From: Octopus sinensis
Taxonomy: Eukaryota
DNA: 64,000 nucleotides
Assembly (NCBI RefSeq): GCF_006345805.1
Contig: NW_021837025.1
Coordinates: 186,001 to 250,000 of the forward strand
Reading direction: 5' to 3'
Of the stretch, positions 25,270-39,064 are shown in pieces. The translations under genes and the position numbers were made by a program. Every line of letters starts with the position of its first letter. Position 1 is the first letter of the stretch. The notes under the pieces were generated by a model. The model had not been told where the DNA came from. It did no database searches and was given only the letters and a program-made list of their open reading frames with translations.

Positions 25270-26455
25270 GGAAAAAAATGTAACAAATGTATTTATTCGT
25301 AATATATTACTTCATCAGGTCAGAACAAGCCAAATTTCTCCCAAATGTGTTTTTGATTTTATTCGAATCTGTTTATTTAAAAATTGCAATTTTTATAGAG
25401 GAAAATCCATTTAAATTTGCCTGACATTCTAAAATGACTAAAATTGTTGTGTCATTATCCACATCTGTTATGAGTTGTGTGTTTTTTACATTCAATTGAC
25501 CTCACTTGGTCTAAAATCTGGTCAGAACATTTTATGACTCGAGTATTCGGGTCTTAACAACTTAAATGCTCCTTCATTTAATTAACAATTTCCGATCTTT
25601 ATGTTGTAATTACCCAAAATAGTAATTTCCGCATTTAGTTTTGTTTTTGCATTTCAAGCAAGTCGAACAGCTTGAACGAACAAGTTTATTTTGATTGGAT
25701 TTATCGGATTGGTCTATCTTAGCGAAATGTTGTATTAAAATTGCTCACTCAGATAGTCAACTTGATGAAACATGTTTGAGATTTGTTCGATTTTACATTT
25801 GATTAATCATTTTTAGACATTTTATTCATTTTTGTCCGACAATTCATTTCCTTTCCGAGTCCTGTGTTACTGAAATTGGGCTTTGATGACTCGAGAATGT
25901 CTGATATCGTTACTTAAGCACGCCCTGATTCCCATCAACGCTGCTGAATTAATTTACGACTGGCTGATTTAAATGACTAACACCATCGTGACTCACGAAC
26001 ATTTGAGGTATAGTCGCATTATGGCATGTTACACATTTCCTAAAAAGTCAATCAAAGCATGGGCCGGGCACAGTGGGGGGCCCTCTCCTCCAGCTGTAGT
26101 GCTGTATTTATACTTGTATGATGATAATTGTAATTAGAGAATAGTACTATTTGTGACTGCAATATAAGCTGGGTAAATAAATAGTAACTTTTAATTAATC
26201 AAGTCGTTAATATTCCGATGAATATTATATTTAGAGAAGCCACAAATTGGCTCTTTCACATGCGATTATTTCATATTGCAGCAATTAGTCCTCTCCTCTT
26301 AATTATCTCTTTGCAATTATGCTACTATTTGTTCTATTGTGCCCCCTCATTAGCACTTGTCAGACTAAATCTTACTGATAATAATGTTTGCTGTCATATT
26401 TATTGCCAGGTTCCATTTGTGTGTCCATTAGTGTGGTTACATTCTATTTCTAGAA

Positions 26456-27975
26456 ATGAATCAGAGAATATTCGGCACAGTTTTGGACAATAAAGTGGAC
26501 AGAGAAATACCCCTAAAAAGTGGGTGTCAATTTCCCACCAAAAGCACATGTCGCCACTTTAAAGAACCAGTAAAAACAGAAATCACTACACCTCTAATCA
26601 CAGACAACAGTAAAACGACGCAAACTAACAACCAAGAGAAACAAATCGTGAGTATGAGTCACGACAGAAGCATTGGAATATCGATTTTAAAACTAACAAT
26701 ATCTCCGGGAAAACACGGTTTTGGGTTTTCAGTGACCTCGTCAATACCTCCAACAATCTGTGTCATCTGTGCAGAGTCCTCAGCCGCACGTGGGGGACTG
26801 AAAGTGGGGGACCAAATAGTGGAGATCAACGGACGTTCGAGCAGCGAGTACAAACTAAGCGAGATTATTCGACTGATATTGTAATACGCATGCTTAGTCT
26901 ATTGATAATTTATATCGCTGTGGCAGCATCAAGGTTTTTCTTGAAAGCCAAATGTCGATACGCGATATAACTAATCTCACGCTCTATTTGTCTAGAAATC
27001 ACCAAGACAGTCTGTTTCTTGTGGTTTCCCGTACTTTTATGGTTTCCGCCAATGCTCCTGGAGTCCCATCTGATCTCTCCAAGTCTCCCAGGATCTTTTC
27101 TCTGCTTAGAAAGGCACTCAAGTCTATTTCTCTTCCCAAGAAGAAACAGCTTCCAGTCAATGACCACGTAGTTCACAACAACGTACTCAGAGTGGAGGAA
27201 TGGCTCAGAAGACCTGCACAGGACCCTCCAAGACATACTGACATCTCTTTCGACAGTACATTCTATGTTCCTGAAAACCATTCCACGTGCAGGGAAGAAG
27301 AAATTGAACTCAAAAATGAAATAACAAATCAGTCTTGTCCAACTATTGTCAATTCCGACAATATTTCGGCACCTATTTTGAGTCCCCTCTCAGATTCGCT
27401 GACGGATTTTTCAAGTTCTTTGGACTCCCTGCTTCCCGTCCAAACTCCTTTCAACAGTCATCTGCTTAAGTTGATTGATGCCGAGATGCACGTTTTGGGA
27501 AGGATTTCTGAGTTGAGAGAAAATAATTTGCTTGCTTTGAAGTTTGGAGTTGATGAAAGTGTTTTGAAAAATTTTATTAACATTTTTCTCCAAGAGGTTT
27601 GATGTTGATAATATTGTAGATAAATCGTTTGACGAAAAAACGAATTAATGAAATTAATAGAATTTTGACTAACACTGAAAATGAGGCCTATAACGACGTG
27701 GTGGCAGTTTATGGAGAACAGGTTTTTGTGGGGTTTTTAACAATTAGATTGATACAATTCGTTTTTTGTACTCTTCGTATGCAGGTGTCTTATCCTCCAA
27801 AAACTACAAAAAGGACTCTCTCTTTATGATCCCAGTTGAGGGCTTGAAGATCATAGAAGAGGAGCTTGATACAATCAAACCGCATATCACTAACAGCGAC
27901 CACTCACTCGAACTGATCTTGAAAGTCATTCGAGCCAGTGTAGCCAGCTGTTTTTGTGCATTTCGACAACAATAA
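26456..27975 (+). CDS. PDZ-domain protein with Ser-rich linker and possible degenerate DH-like C-terminal domain
   Basis: PDZ motifs GFGFSV, SSAARGGLKVGDQIVEING. Introns of 46 nt (26881-26926), 23 nt and 26 nt join four ORFs in frame to the stop at 27975. Confidence 0.7.
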
Positions 27976-28989
27976 GTGTTTTATGAAAGTTTTATTTACT
28001 GAAAATTGTTTTATTAAATCAGATGTTTTAATGTGTCCTTAATTGTTTGGTTTCGAGTTTAATTCAAATAGTGATTTCAGCTGTATGGCCTGCTTATTGC
28101 TCTTTTTTATAATTGGTTGACTCGTTTATTAGATTTATGTAATTCATATTGAGACGCTCACTGATAAAAATAGTTTCTCAGGGGGTTATTGATTTAAACT
28201 ACTGTGATAATCATTTTTCGATTATTAATAATATTTATACAAAAGGTTGAACAAACATTAGGAAACCATAAGTAAATTTTTTGAAGGATTGTTCTATTCT
28301 CTTGGTCAGATTTTTAACTTGATCAGTTTAGTGAGAATAGTTAGGAATATTAATTAAATATTCATTTTACATAAATCATGAATCTACATTCAGTGCATTG
28401 AATTTGATAATAATCAATTTCATGACCAGAAAAATCCTCCTTTACATAAAAATGTTAATTCACTGACTATACTCAATGACTTAAGAAAATTGTGTATTTT
28501 TATTGAACAAAAGAATAAAACAGTAAAGACTCAACTCATTCCATTCCCATGGCCTAGACTGTGGAATACTAACAAGTTACTCTTCGTTCATCCCTAGTGA
28601 ATATGCTCACAAAATCAGTCATTTCTCTCTCCTGTCCCTTCGACGAGTTTTCGTGAGGATGAAGACTGGATTGTGTCCTTTTCTTATTTGATGACCTTCG
28701 ACGAGCTGTCTTTGAGTTAATACTTTTGGAAACAAATCCAGATTTTTTCTATAAATAAAAATTTAACAACACACTAAACGATGTCGTATGGCATTATTTT
28801 CCCGCTTAAAATTATTTTTATTTTTTATAAATAGAAATTGTGTCAAACTAAATGTTAAATCAAAACTAGAATAATATAAATGTCAATTTAAGAGATAATT
28901 AATAGTTATTCAGTTTCTGTTTTCCTTATTTGTAGTGTTTTATTTCATCAACCTTAACCTCTTAGGGCCCACGTTCAGTGCACGGATGG

Positions 28990-29215
28990 GCAGATTCAGA
29001 GGTTACCTTTTCAACAGGCATCGATAACCCGTACCTTTTCTCGGCTTGCATGCTTTCTAAGGTCTTCCGCAACACCATGTCTGGATGTATGCCTTCACCC
29101 TGTCCTCCAGATGGTTTTTGAAGTATTTTGACACTATTCCGTCCCAGGTAATGACGACAGGGACAATCTTTACTTTCGCCCGATGGATCGCTCCCAGTTC
29201 ATTCGCCCGTTTCTA
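28990..29215 (-). mobile_element. 3-prime fragment of a related RLE-type retrotransposon
   Basis: ANELGAIHRAKVKIVPVVITWDGIVSKYFKNHL is homologous to the end of ORF 6285-7031. Confidence 0.75.
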
Positions 29216-30329
29216 ATGAAATAAATCAATTTGAAAAGCTTAACTTTTAATGCTTTTTGACGGAAGATTCCTTTTCTATTTCGGGTACATTAATTAAAGC
29301 CATCGCGAATAAAATATCGACAATATTGAATTATCGAACATCTTTTAAAGCTTTAAACGGTTGGTTAGACAGATATTAGAAACATATGAAATGATGGATA
29401 AGTTAGAAAATCTTTTGAGACACTCCAAAAATATCATGAGTTTGGATTTCAACTTAGAAAGGATTTAAAAAATAAGAAAAGTTTGAAATTGACTCATTAT
29501 TTCAAAAAAATGTTTTAAAAAGAATATTTATTAATTAATCAAATGAAAAATTCAATAGTTTGAACCAGACCCCTGTTTGGAAGGGCACCCCTGCTTTCTG
29601 GGGCATTCTGGTACCCCACCCCGGGGTTAGACTGTATTTAGTTCTTTCAAAATTTGATTATGTTTTCTCAATTTTTTAAATTTCACTTGTAAATTATCTG
29701 CAGAGGCTTTATCTGCAGAGGCTCTTCCTTACAAACCTTTCGAAAGCAATTTGTTTTATAAGCCGTTCAATGGAACTGGGCTTTGCAGCCTTCTGCTGTA
29801 GGTTCGAAATCTTTTGCAGATTTGATGGAGGCAGATATTATCCCAGGTTTCACAAGCATTATCAGTGGAGGTTTCGACCTATTGCTTGAGGGACACCGAT
29901 TGGTAACAGTTTAGAAATAGAGTTTATTTGGTTATGATTTGCAAGCCCTCGACGTCCACTTAAGAAGTTTGCTAGTCATAGTTTGAGGTTCGGGTAGATA
30001 TTTGAGGTAAACATTTTACAGATGAGGTTTTTACCGGGGACTAAATCAAACGCCTTTTGTATGTCTACTGAGCAAAGAGTTGTTTCTTCTGGATAGGCAG
30101 GGTTTTAAAGCCTTTGTGGATAAAATTAGAGAGTTTTTTTCAGAAATGAAGATATAAATAGTCTTTTCTTAAAACCATGTTGGAACCGTACAAGTGCGAG
30201 AGACGGTTAAATCAGTTTTAATATTAGTTTCTCCAGATTTTCCCTGAGAATTCGTCCAAACAGCTCGGCTGTCAATTGCTAGTTGTCGTAGATGAGTTGA
30301 CTTGTGTAAGAGTTCACCTCCTTATTTCT

Positions 30330-30955
30330 TAAGCATTCCAAGATATCCTCCTGGAGACTCTCAGTCTCCGCCATTATTCACAATATACTTGAAACCCGCT
30401 ATGAGGGAACTGAGACTATTATACCAAGGAAAAATAGTGATTTATGGCAATGATGTCGACCTAATCTCTGAAGAGAAAGCACTTCTGGAAAATGTACTAA
30501 AAAAAGCAGCAGATATACTTGAAAAATGTTTCTTCACTGTCAACAGGAAAAAACAGAATGGATAGGACAAATGAACATCCACTCAAAAAAAATTGAGAAA
30601 TATTAAGAACTCGGCTCTCTATTAGGAAACAGTGAAGATATCATACGAAGAAATACCCTGGCAAACGCGGCATTACACAGGCTGAAAAACCTATGGCTAA
30701 AACGAAAAGGAAATAGCATAAATAAGATAATGCTATACGACACATTTATCAAACCAATCCTCCTATACAACTCTATGACCTGGGGCACAATAAGAGAAGA
30801 ATTGGAAAAGCTTAACTCGTTTCGCAGGAATCATCTAAGAAACATAACTGGAATGTCCTGGCCATCCAAAATCCTGCAGAGTTGACAGGACAATAAGTGT
30901 GACTGTACCCAAATAAGTCGCGAAATCATTAGCTCTCGTTGGAGACTTTTTGGAA
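30330..30955 (+). mobile_element. RTE-like RT remnant
   Basis: PGDSQSPPLFTIYL, YGNDVDL, KLGSLLG, IKPILLYNSMTWG, SRWRLFG with frameshifts. Confidence 0.75.
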
Positions 30956-31732
30956 ACGGCCATTTTGAAAATTGACTAAATTTTGAAAAAATTTTTTTCC
31001 GTGCCTTCTGGAATATTCCTTATCACATTGTCAAAATTGATGCAAAAAGTGTCTAAATTGAATTGAAAATGGTATAGTTCAATCAGAACCAAGATTGAGT
31101 CATTGTTTGTGATTATCTCTTTGCGGATTATTCTGATTTTCGTACCATAAATAATTTACAATTCTCACAAATCATATTTATCCTTTTTCTCCAATTAGAC
31201 CTGTTTCAAGCCACATTGGATTCACATCTAATTCAGAACAACTATCAGAATCCCTCATTTGTCAGGAAACTTTTAATCAAAACAAAAAATCAAATTTAGA
31301 AAGGCAATTTAACACAAAGCAAGAAAATTTGTTTCATTGTGTAGTAAAATTTTTAAGACATCTGTTAATAGTAATTGAGTATTAAACCAATGAAATGTGT
31401 AATCTTTGATTTATTTTTACAGAAAGGTTTATGCAAAATTTAGCAAAATGTTACACGATACAGAATTTCGTATAAATTAATTAAAGAATTGAACAAATGA
31501 ATTTTTGAATTCCCAAGTTTAGAATATTAAAAATGTCATTTCTTAATGGTGATAAATTAAATATCTATTGTCTAGTTGACCGGGCGAGGGGCTGACTCGA
31601 TCGAAAAAGAGTACTCTCACAAGGCATTAAAAAACCTATCTCAATTCACGCCTGTAGACATCCGAGACCCAATTAAAAATTAAAAAAATTCGTGAACAAT
31701 AATTAAATTAGGAATTAATTTGTGTAAATTAT

Positions 31733-33271
31733 TTAAAACAAGGAGATAGTCTCACTAGCCGAAGGACCGAGACTGATCCACCTGACTAGAAATAAGAAAA
31801 AAGTGTGACCTCTGAGTCTGCTTAGTGTCTCAACACACCTCACATACTCCTGGGCGTTCACAGGCAAGTCCTCAAAGCGGGATATTGCCCGAATGTCACA
31901 ACACCACCCCGGTAGTTTGTGGTAGACAACCTCGACTTTGGCCAACTCCTCACAATTGGCTGAACCAATCACTCCCAAACCAAACCAGGGACATGGTCGA
32001 TAGTGAAGCCATCCAGAAGGTAGTGACTGCCCACGTATAGCTCCTCCAGGTCACTGAGGACATCCAATTTGGTAAGGGCAATACTAAACACACTAAAATA
32101 GAGAAAATACAAACTAAATCCATTCACGATGGCCGAATAGCGCATAACATGACAGTCCAGCCACCCACAACGTCTCACTCGGCCTGTGGTCACTCCAATC
32201 TCCTTCCCCTTCTGCTGCAACATCTCTGCTGCCTCCTAAGCCAGTCACTACTCCAACTACATCACTCAGTTCGGTGGGGAAGGGCCCACTACCAACTCTC
32301 GTCGAATATGCCTTGAACACCCCGATTATGTCACCCACGTGTTTCGGAGGTATCCCCAACCCCGTGAAAACACCACCAACCGCACAGTTCGATGACGTCA
32401 CATTGGGATAGGTCCCTTATATATATAATCGATAATCCACCAAAATCGATATCCAGCATGAATCCGTTGGCCCCTTCGACCAGGATGGATTTGCCTTCCT
32501 CGATTTTGCGATTCAAAAAAATGGAGGTGTCGGTGACTGTGGCTTTGAAGTAGTCCCTGTACTCCTGTCCAGTCACCCAGGGGGGGCCAACCTTGTAGGT
32601 CTCCAGTTCGGCCTCCACGTCGACGGACAGAGAGGGGAACATTGCCTTCTGCACATCCACCAGACTGACAAATCTGCTCGATTAACACACACATTCACTT
32701 TTCTTCAAAAATAGCCCAATCGCCAACCAAATCAGCCAGTTTGAGGACAGTTCGATTGACTTTGGAGGAATAGCAGGGACCAATCCCCTTCTTAGTTGTG
32801 CCTATTCTGTCCTATAAAGACTGGACTGTACTTTTTGTGGTCCCTCAACTGCTCTTGTGCTGCGTCCACGTCCTTAAACATTTGGAATACTTTTATATGA
32901 ATTGTACTCTCACCAATGGGGGCTCTGTTTGAGATTATTAGACGACTTCTCAGGTCTTTGAGTCCTTTCATTTCGGCCTGTTCGATTTCGTGTTTGAGGT
33001 CGGTGAGGGACACGACGACTCCATTTCCTGGGGATGTGACTAGTGGGGTACCGATGACTCCCACGACTGACTGGTGACACACGCCGGAAGGGAGGAGGTG
33101 GAAGAAATATGTTTGTCCACCAAAGACCACGGTATGGCCGGCATTGGAGCCTCCCTGACATCTGCAGACGTAGTCGTAGGTCGGGGAGAGTTGGTCCACC
33201 ATCTTACCCTTCCCCTCGTCTCCCCATTGGCCACCTAATATTATATCCACACGTCCTGGTCTAGAATTCAT
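31733..33271 (-). CDS. ADSS: Adenylosuccinate synthetase, 428 aa, ten introns of 24-27 nt
   Basis: [81 protein letters not shown]. The 1539-nt span minus 252 intron nt gives 429 codons. Confidence 0.97.
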
Positions 33272-33799
33272 ATTTTTTGAATTTATATCGTGAGTTTAAA
33301 TAATAGAATTTTTACGTATAAATTGATTTAAATTAAATTAAATCTATTTTTCCAGACAATAATTTGTCAGTTTTTCAAAATAAGATTCCTGTTGCTCTCC
33401 CACGTGTCACACCAGGCATTCCAATATTCATAAATAACCACCAAACCCCGAGGGACTGGATGTTTCTGGAACATTCTAGAAATGCCTACTGAAGGACTTT
33501 GATTGCACCTGCCACAGCAATGACGCTTGTCAGACAGAAGGACACAGGCAGCTGTTGTAAGCACGTCAAGAAGGACAATTGACCAATTTAATTTACAATT
33601 TATCATGAAATTAGAATATAGCTACATCGCGTGAAATAAAAAGTGATAAAGCCAATCAGGAACTGCCTGCGGAGAGAATTGAGAAACAGTTCCCCAATGA
33701 ACAGCTAGACACACTCAAAAAGTCGCAGGGGTCGTTTCTAATTCTTCCGAGGTGGTGGCCTTTCTCGGTGAGTAAACGAAGAGTTGATTATCTTATCGT

Positions 33800-35480
33800 A
33801 CTTAAGGTTTTTAATCAGACTGGTTCAAAAATGAATCTGTCAGAGAAGGATCTGTATTTTTTGGCTTTCCGACTTCGATTGAGGACGCAAGAAGGCATGA
33901 TAGGCAAAAGTGTCAGAGTATGTCGCGTCCCAGACGATAGCTCTACCGTACTTATAAGTCTTTTTTTTTGCCATCTTTCCTGTTGAGACCACCCGCGAGG
34001 GGATCCCGGTTGCTTCAAATAGGTGCTTTGCAATGCTGTTTAGCCTAGCGTGTCTGTGAATTCTCCCTTGGGTTATAAGGCAGGAGAGCGGGTGTAGATC
34101 TTTGCAGTCTATATAGGCCCTAAAACGGCATTGGTGAGGCTGGCAAATGTCCAAGGCGAGTCGAAAAAAGATTCCAATTCTTAAGCACTCTGGATATACC
34201 AAGGTTCCTGCTGCAGGATGGATAGGCGTTAATCCAAGCATGGAGATGCTCCTGACAATAGCCAAGCACGGCGGTGTTGGTCTCCATAAGACATCAGGTT
34301 CCGAAAAGACCGAGAGCTGCTGCCCTCCGCCCATTCGTGCATTTTTCGGGGGTTTTGAGTCCGCTAGCTGTCCACAACAATGCCCCGTATAAATGCTTGT
34401 TGTCAGTGAGGGATCCGGAGGGAAGAGGAAGGATCTAGACCAGCGGTTCTCAATGCGGCCCCCGGGGCCGCATCTGGCCCCCAGGATTTTTTTTGCGGCC
34501 CCTCTAGAGTAACTAACTTTTTGAATTTTTTAATAATGTTAAAATTTATTATTTATTCTTAAGGTTAAACATATCCATAATTGGTGATTTAATTAATCAA
34601 TTTGAAGCACGTTTTGGGGTACATTTATATAATTTAATTTTAGACTTTTAAAGAATTCCTTCCTTTAACTTATTCCAGATTTCAAACTTAATAAACAAAT
34701 AGTACTTCTTTTTAAATACAACGCCTTTTGTAGATTTTTTAGCTTTTATTTCTTTATAAAGAAAATGGAAATTAAAAAAAGAAAAAAAAGTCCAAAAACT
34801 CATTACCATCAGCAGTGCTGCACTTCGATTGCAGCGAGTTACCGGCTTGAAAAAATATAAAAATATATTAACATATTTTTTTGTGCGGCCCGCGAAGCTA
34901 ATCTTAATTATCGATTTGGCCCTTGAGCTAAAAAGGTTGAGAACCCCTGATCTAGACTACAAAAGACCTGCATCGGTGTGAGGAAAGAAAGCATGGCAAG
35001 TAGAGAAAAGAGGTGGACTGGAATTCGAGACCTCCATGCCTAATAGGCAGGATAGTCTGTTTCCAGCCCTTGTCGTCGAAATTTAAATTGGAAATCTGAA
35101 CAGAGTATTTCTCAGAAACGAATTGTCGAACTCTGTCCGGAAAACGGAAACAGTGTGAATTACAAAGTGCGTACTCCAAACGAGGAAAAGCAAAAAAGTT
35201 CTTCAGTAGAAGGAAAGCCAATGTCTAGTTTGACTAAGATTCGGGGATGTGAACTCTCGGACGCATGAACCGCTGTCTCACAGCCTGAGGGGACCCTAAC
35301 TCCAAGTTTTAGCAGATAAAAAGCTATTAAAAGTTTCGACCAGCCTTAAAGCCAGGCGACAAAAAACGTTCCCGACGACGATTGGGCGAACACCGCAGAT
35401 TTTTTAGAAAAAAAACAGATGGGCGGAAAAGATAAGTCCACGAGCGAAAGCAGATAATTCTGAAGACAAACAGTTGTTGA
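33800..35480 (-). mobile_element. Decayed CRE-clade non-LTR retrotransposon interrupted by a hAT MITE
   Basis: GVRPIVVGNVF.RL, LVKLD, LPIRHGGL, HPLSC...GRIHRHARLN, AIVWDATYSDT. Confidence 0.75.
34441..34949. mobile_element. Non-autonomous Buster-type hAT element (MITE), 509 bp
   Basis: TIRs CAGCGGTTCTCAA / CAGGGGTTCTCAA; 8-bp TSD ATCTAGAC (34433-34440 and 34950-34957); no coding capacity. Confidence 0.92.
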
Positions 35481-35977
35481 CTAGTTCCGTGATTGAGGCA
35501 GGGGGCTGGGGCTTGTTGGGCCAATCGCAGGGGAAATGAGATTGCAAAGGTGACTTGGGAGGAGGCCCTCAATTCCTCCACTACTGAGAGCACAGCTGTC
35601 GTTCGTGGGTCTCTGAGGGGGGCCTTAAATTGGATAAATAGAAATGGCCTGAGGTCTGCAGATGCTGGGGATTTCTACTCTCCAATGTGCAAATTACATT
35701 TTTGGTCGATAGGAGTATGTCGTAGTGCTGGAGTTTATATTATCTTCGGGATCGAACAGCTTTGCGGCTTCGACATGGATAAATTGAAAAGAGTAAGAAA
35801 GAATATGATGAATAAAATGGAAAAAAGGATCAAAGGAATGATAACGATTGAGCAGAAATGCTACAAAAAGATAATAACATGAGAATCAAGACACCATAAA
35901 AAGAATCGACAAACTATAAAATAATTTACAAACAGCTAAAAAATAAATAACTAAATTAAATATATTTGGTGGTTAGC

Positions 35978-37832
<1,855 letters not shown>

Positions 37833-37901
37833 TTTTGTTATTAAAAGCCGATTAAATGACACTTTTTATTAGAAAAGAATTCCTTTTAGAGTATTTAAGG
37901 A

Positions 37902-38939
37902 CTATTGAGTTAATTCATCTGCAATTTTGTGGGATGTCAGTTTGTCCCAGTCAATGAGTGTTTGAGTTATTGGAAGACCTCTGCGGAGAGCTTTGAAGTT
38001 CTTTTCTAACATTTCAGTAAAGTTATCATCGAGTTTGTATTGGTAGTTGTCCTCCGCCTTCCTGATTCTCTGCACAATTTTGTCGACCAGTTCTTGCTCG
38101 TTCTAAACACATTTCTTATAAAACTCAACATTTCCTGACACTTGAAACTCTTTTTTGGAGTTGGAAATAAACTGGACGTTTCCATTCTCAAAGTAGTGAG
38201 TCTGGGCTACAATTGAGGGGATTACTTGCAGACGCATATCCCCTCGCATGCTGGTCTCGAAAGTGGAAGGATCAATGTCGATTATCCACTGAGACCGCAT
38301 CCTCGCATTTCTGTCATGTCCGAATATATAAACGTGTATTTGCTGTCCATGTAAAGATGGCTTTCGATGCAGGCCTTGAGGGACACACAGTCGGCTGATC
38401 TGCTGCTGACGATGAGGCACTCTCCCCCCTCGTAAAAGTCCTCCACGTAGGCTTTGAGGGAGTTTTGGAGAAGGGAGTGGTAGGGCTCCACCAATTCCAA
38501 TTTCTCCTTTTTTATGTCGCTGGTCTTCATTGTGAGGGAGTCCAGGCTGGGCTGATTAACGGGTTTGGCCACCTGAAGGACTTTTGGCTGAGGGGGTCGT
38601 AGAATCGGTTGGTGTTGGGGATCATGTTGTAGGGGGTCAGGAGCACCTGGGTGACTAAGTGACCTCACTTTGTAGTCCAGTCCATGCACCGACGTTTGGC
38701 AGAACTGCTGACTGTGGTAGAACATGAGGCGTCTAGGAAATGTTGGGAGGTTGATTACTGTTGGAATACGGGCTTGAGGGAGTTGTCGTTCTGCAGGAGG
38801 ATTGTCAGGTCTGGGAATATCACGTGTGGGCAACCATTCACGATCGACTGGTGTTCCCCCGGGGGGATCATCGACACAAAGTAGTCAATTATGCACTTGA
38901 ATGAACAAGGATGGCTACCTTGATTTCTTCTAATCTCAT
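37902..38939 (-). CDS. CAPZA: F-actin capping protein alpha subunit
   Basis: PPGEH..IVNDL..LL.ND, RMRSQW, LQTHYFENGNVQF, FKALRRGLPITQTLIDWDKL. Introns of 22-27 nt. Confidence 0.92.
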
Positions 38940-39064
38940 TATGGATTATCCATTTTGAATTTATATTATTAAATTTATTTTTTTATAATTTATTAATCTA
39001 AAATATTATATTAAAATTGGTTGGAGTTTTATTGGGCTCTTACTGTGGAGATGTGACTCTAAAA

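Noticed and set aside
28500-28800. Possible small minus-strand gene
   Set aside because: Short open frames only, with no start, stop or domain support.
35493-35882. 129-aa plus-strand ORF
   Set aside because: Overlaps the antisense of a decayed CRE region and AT-rich flank; no homology recognised.
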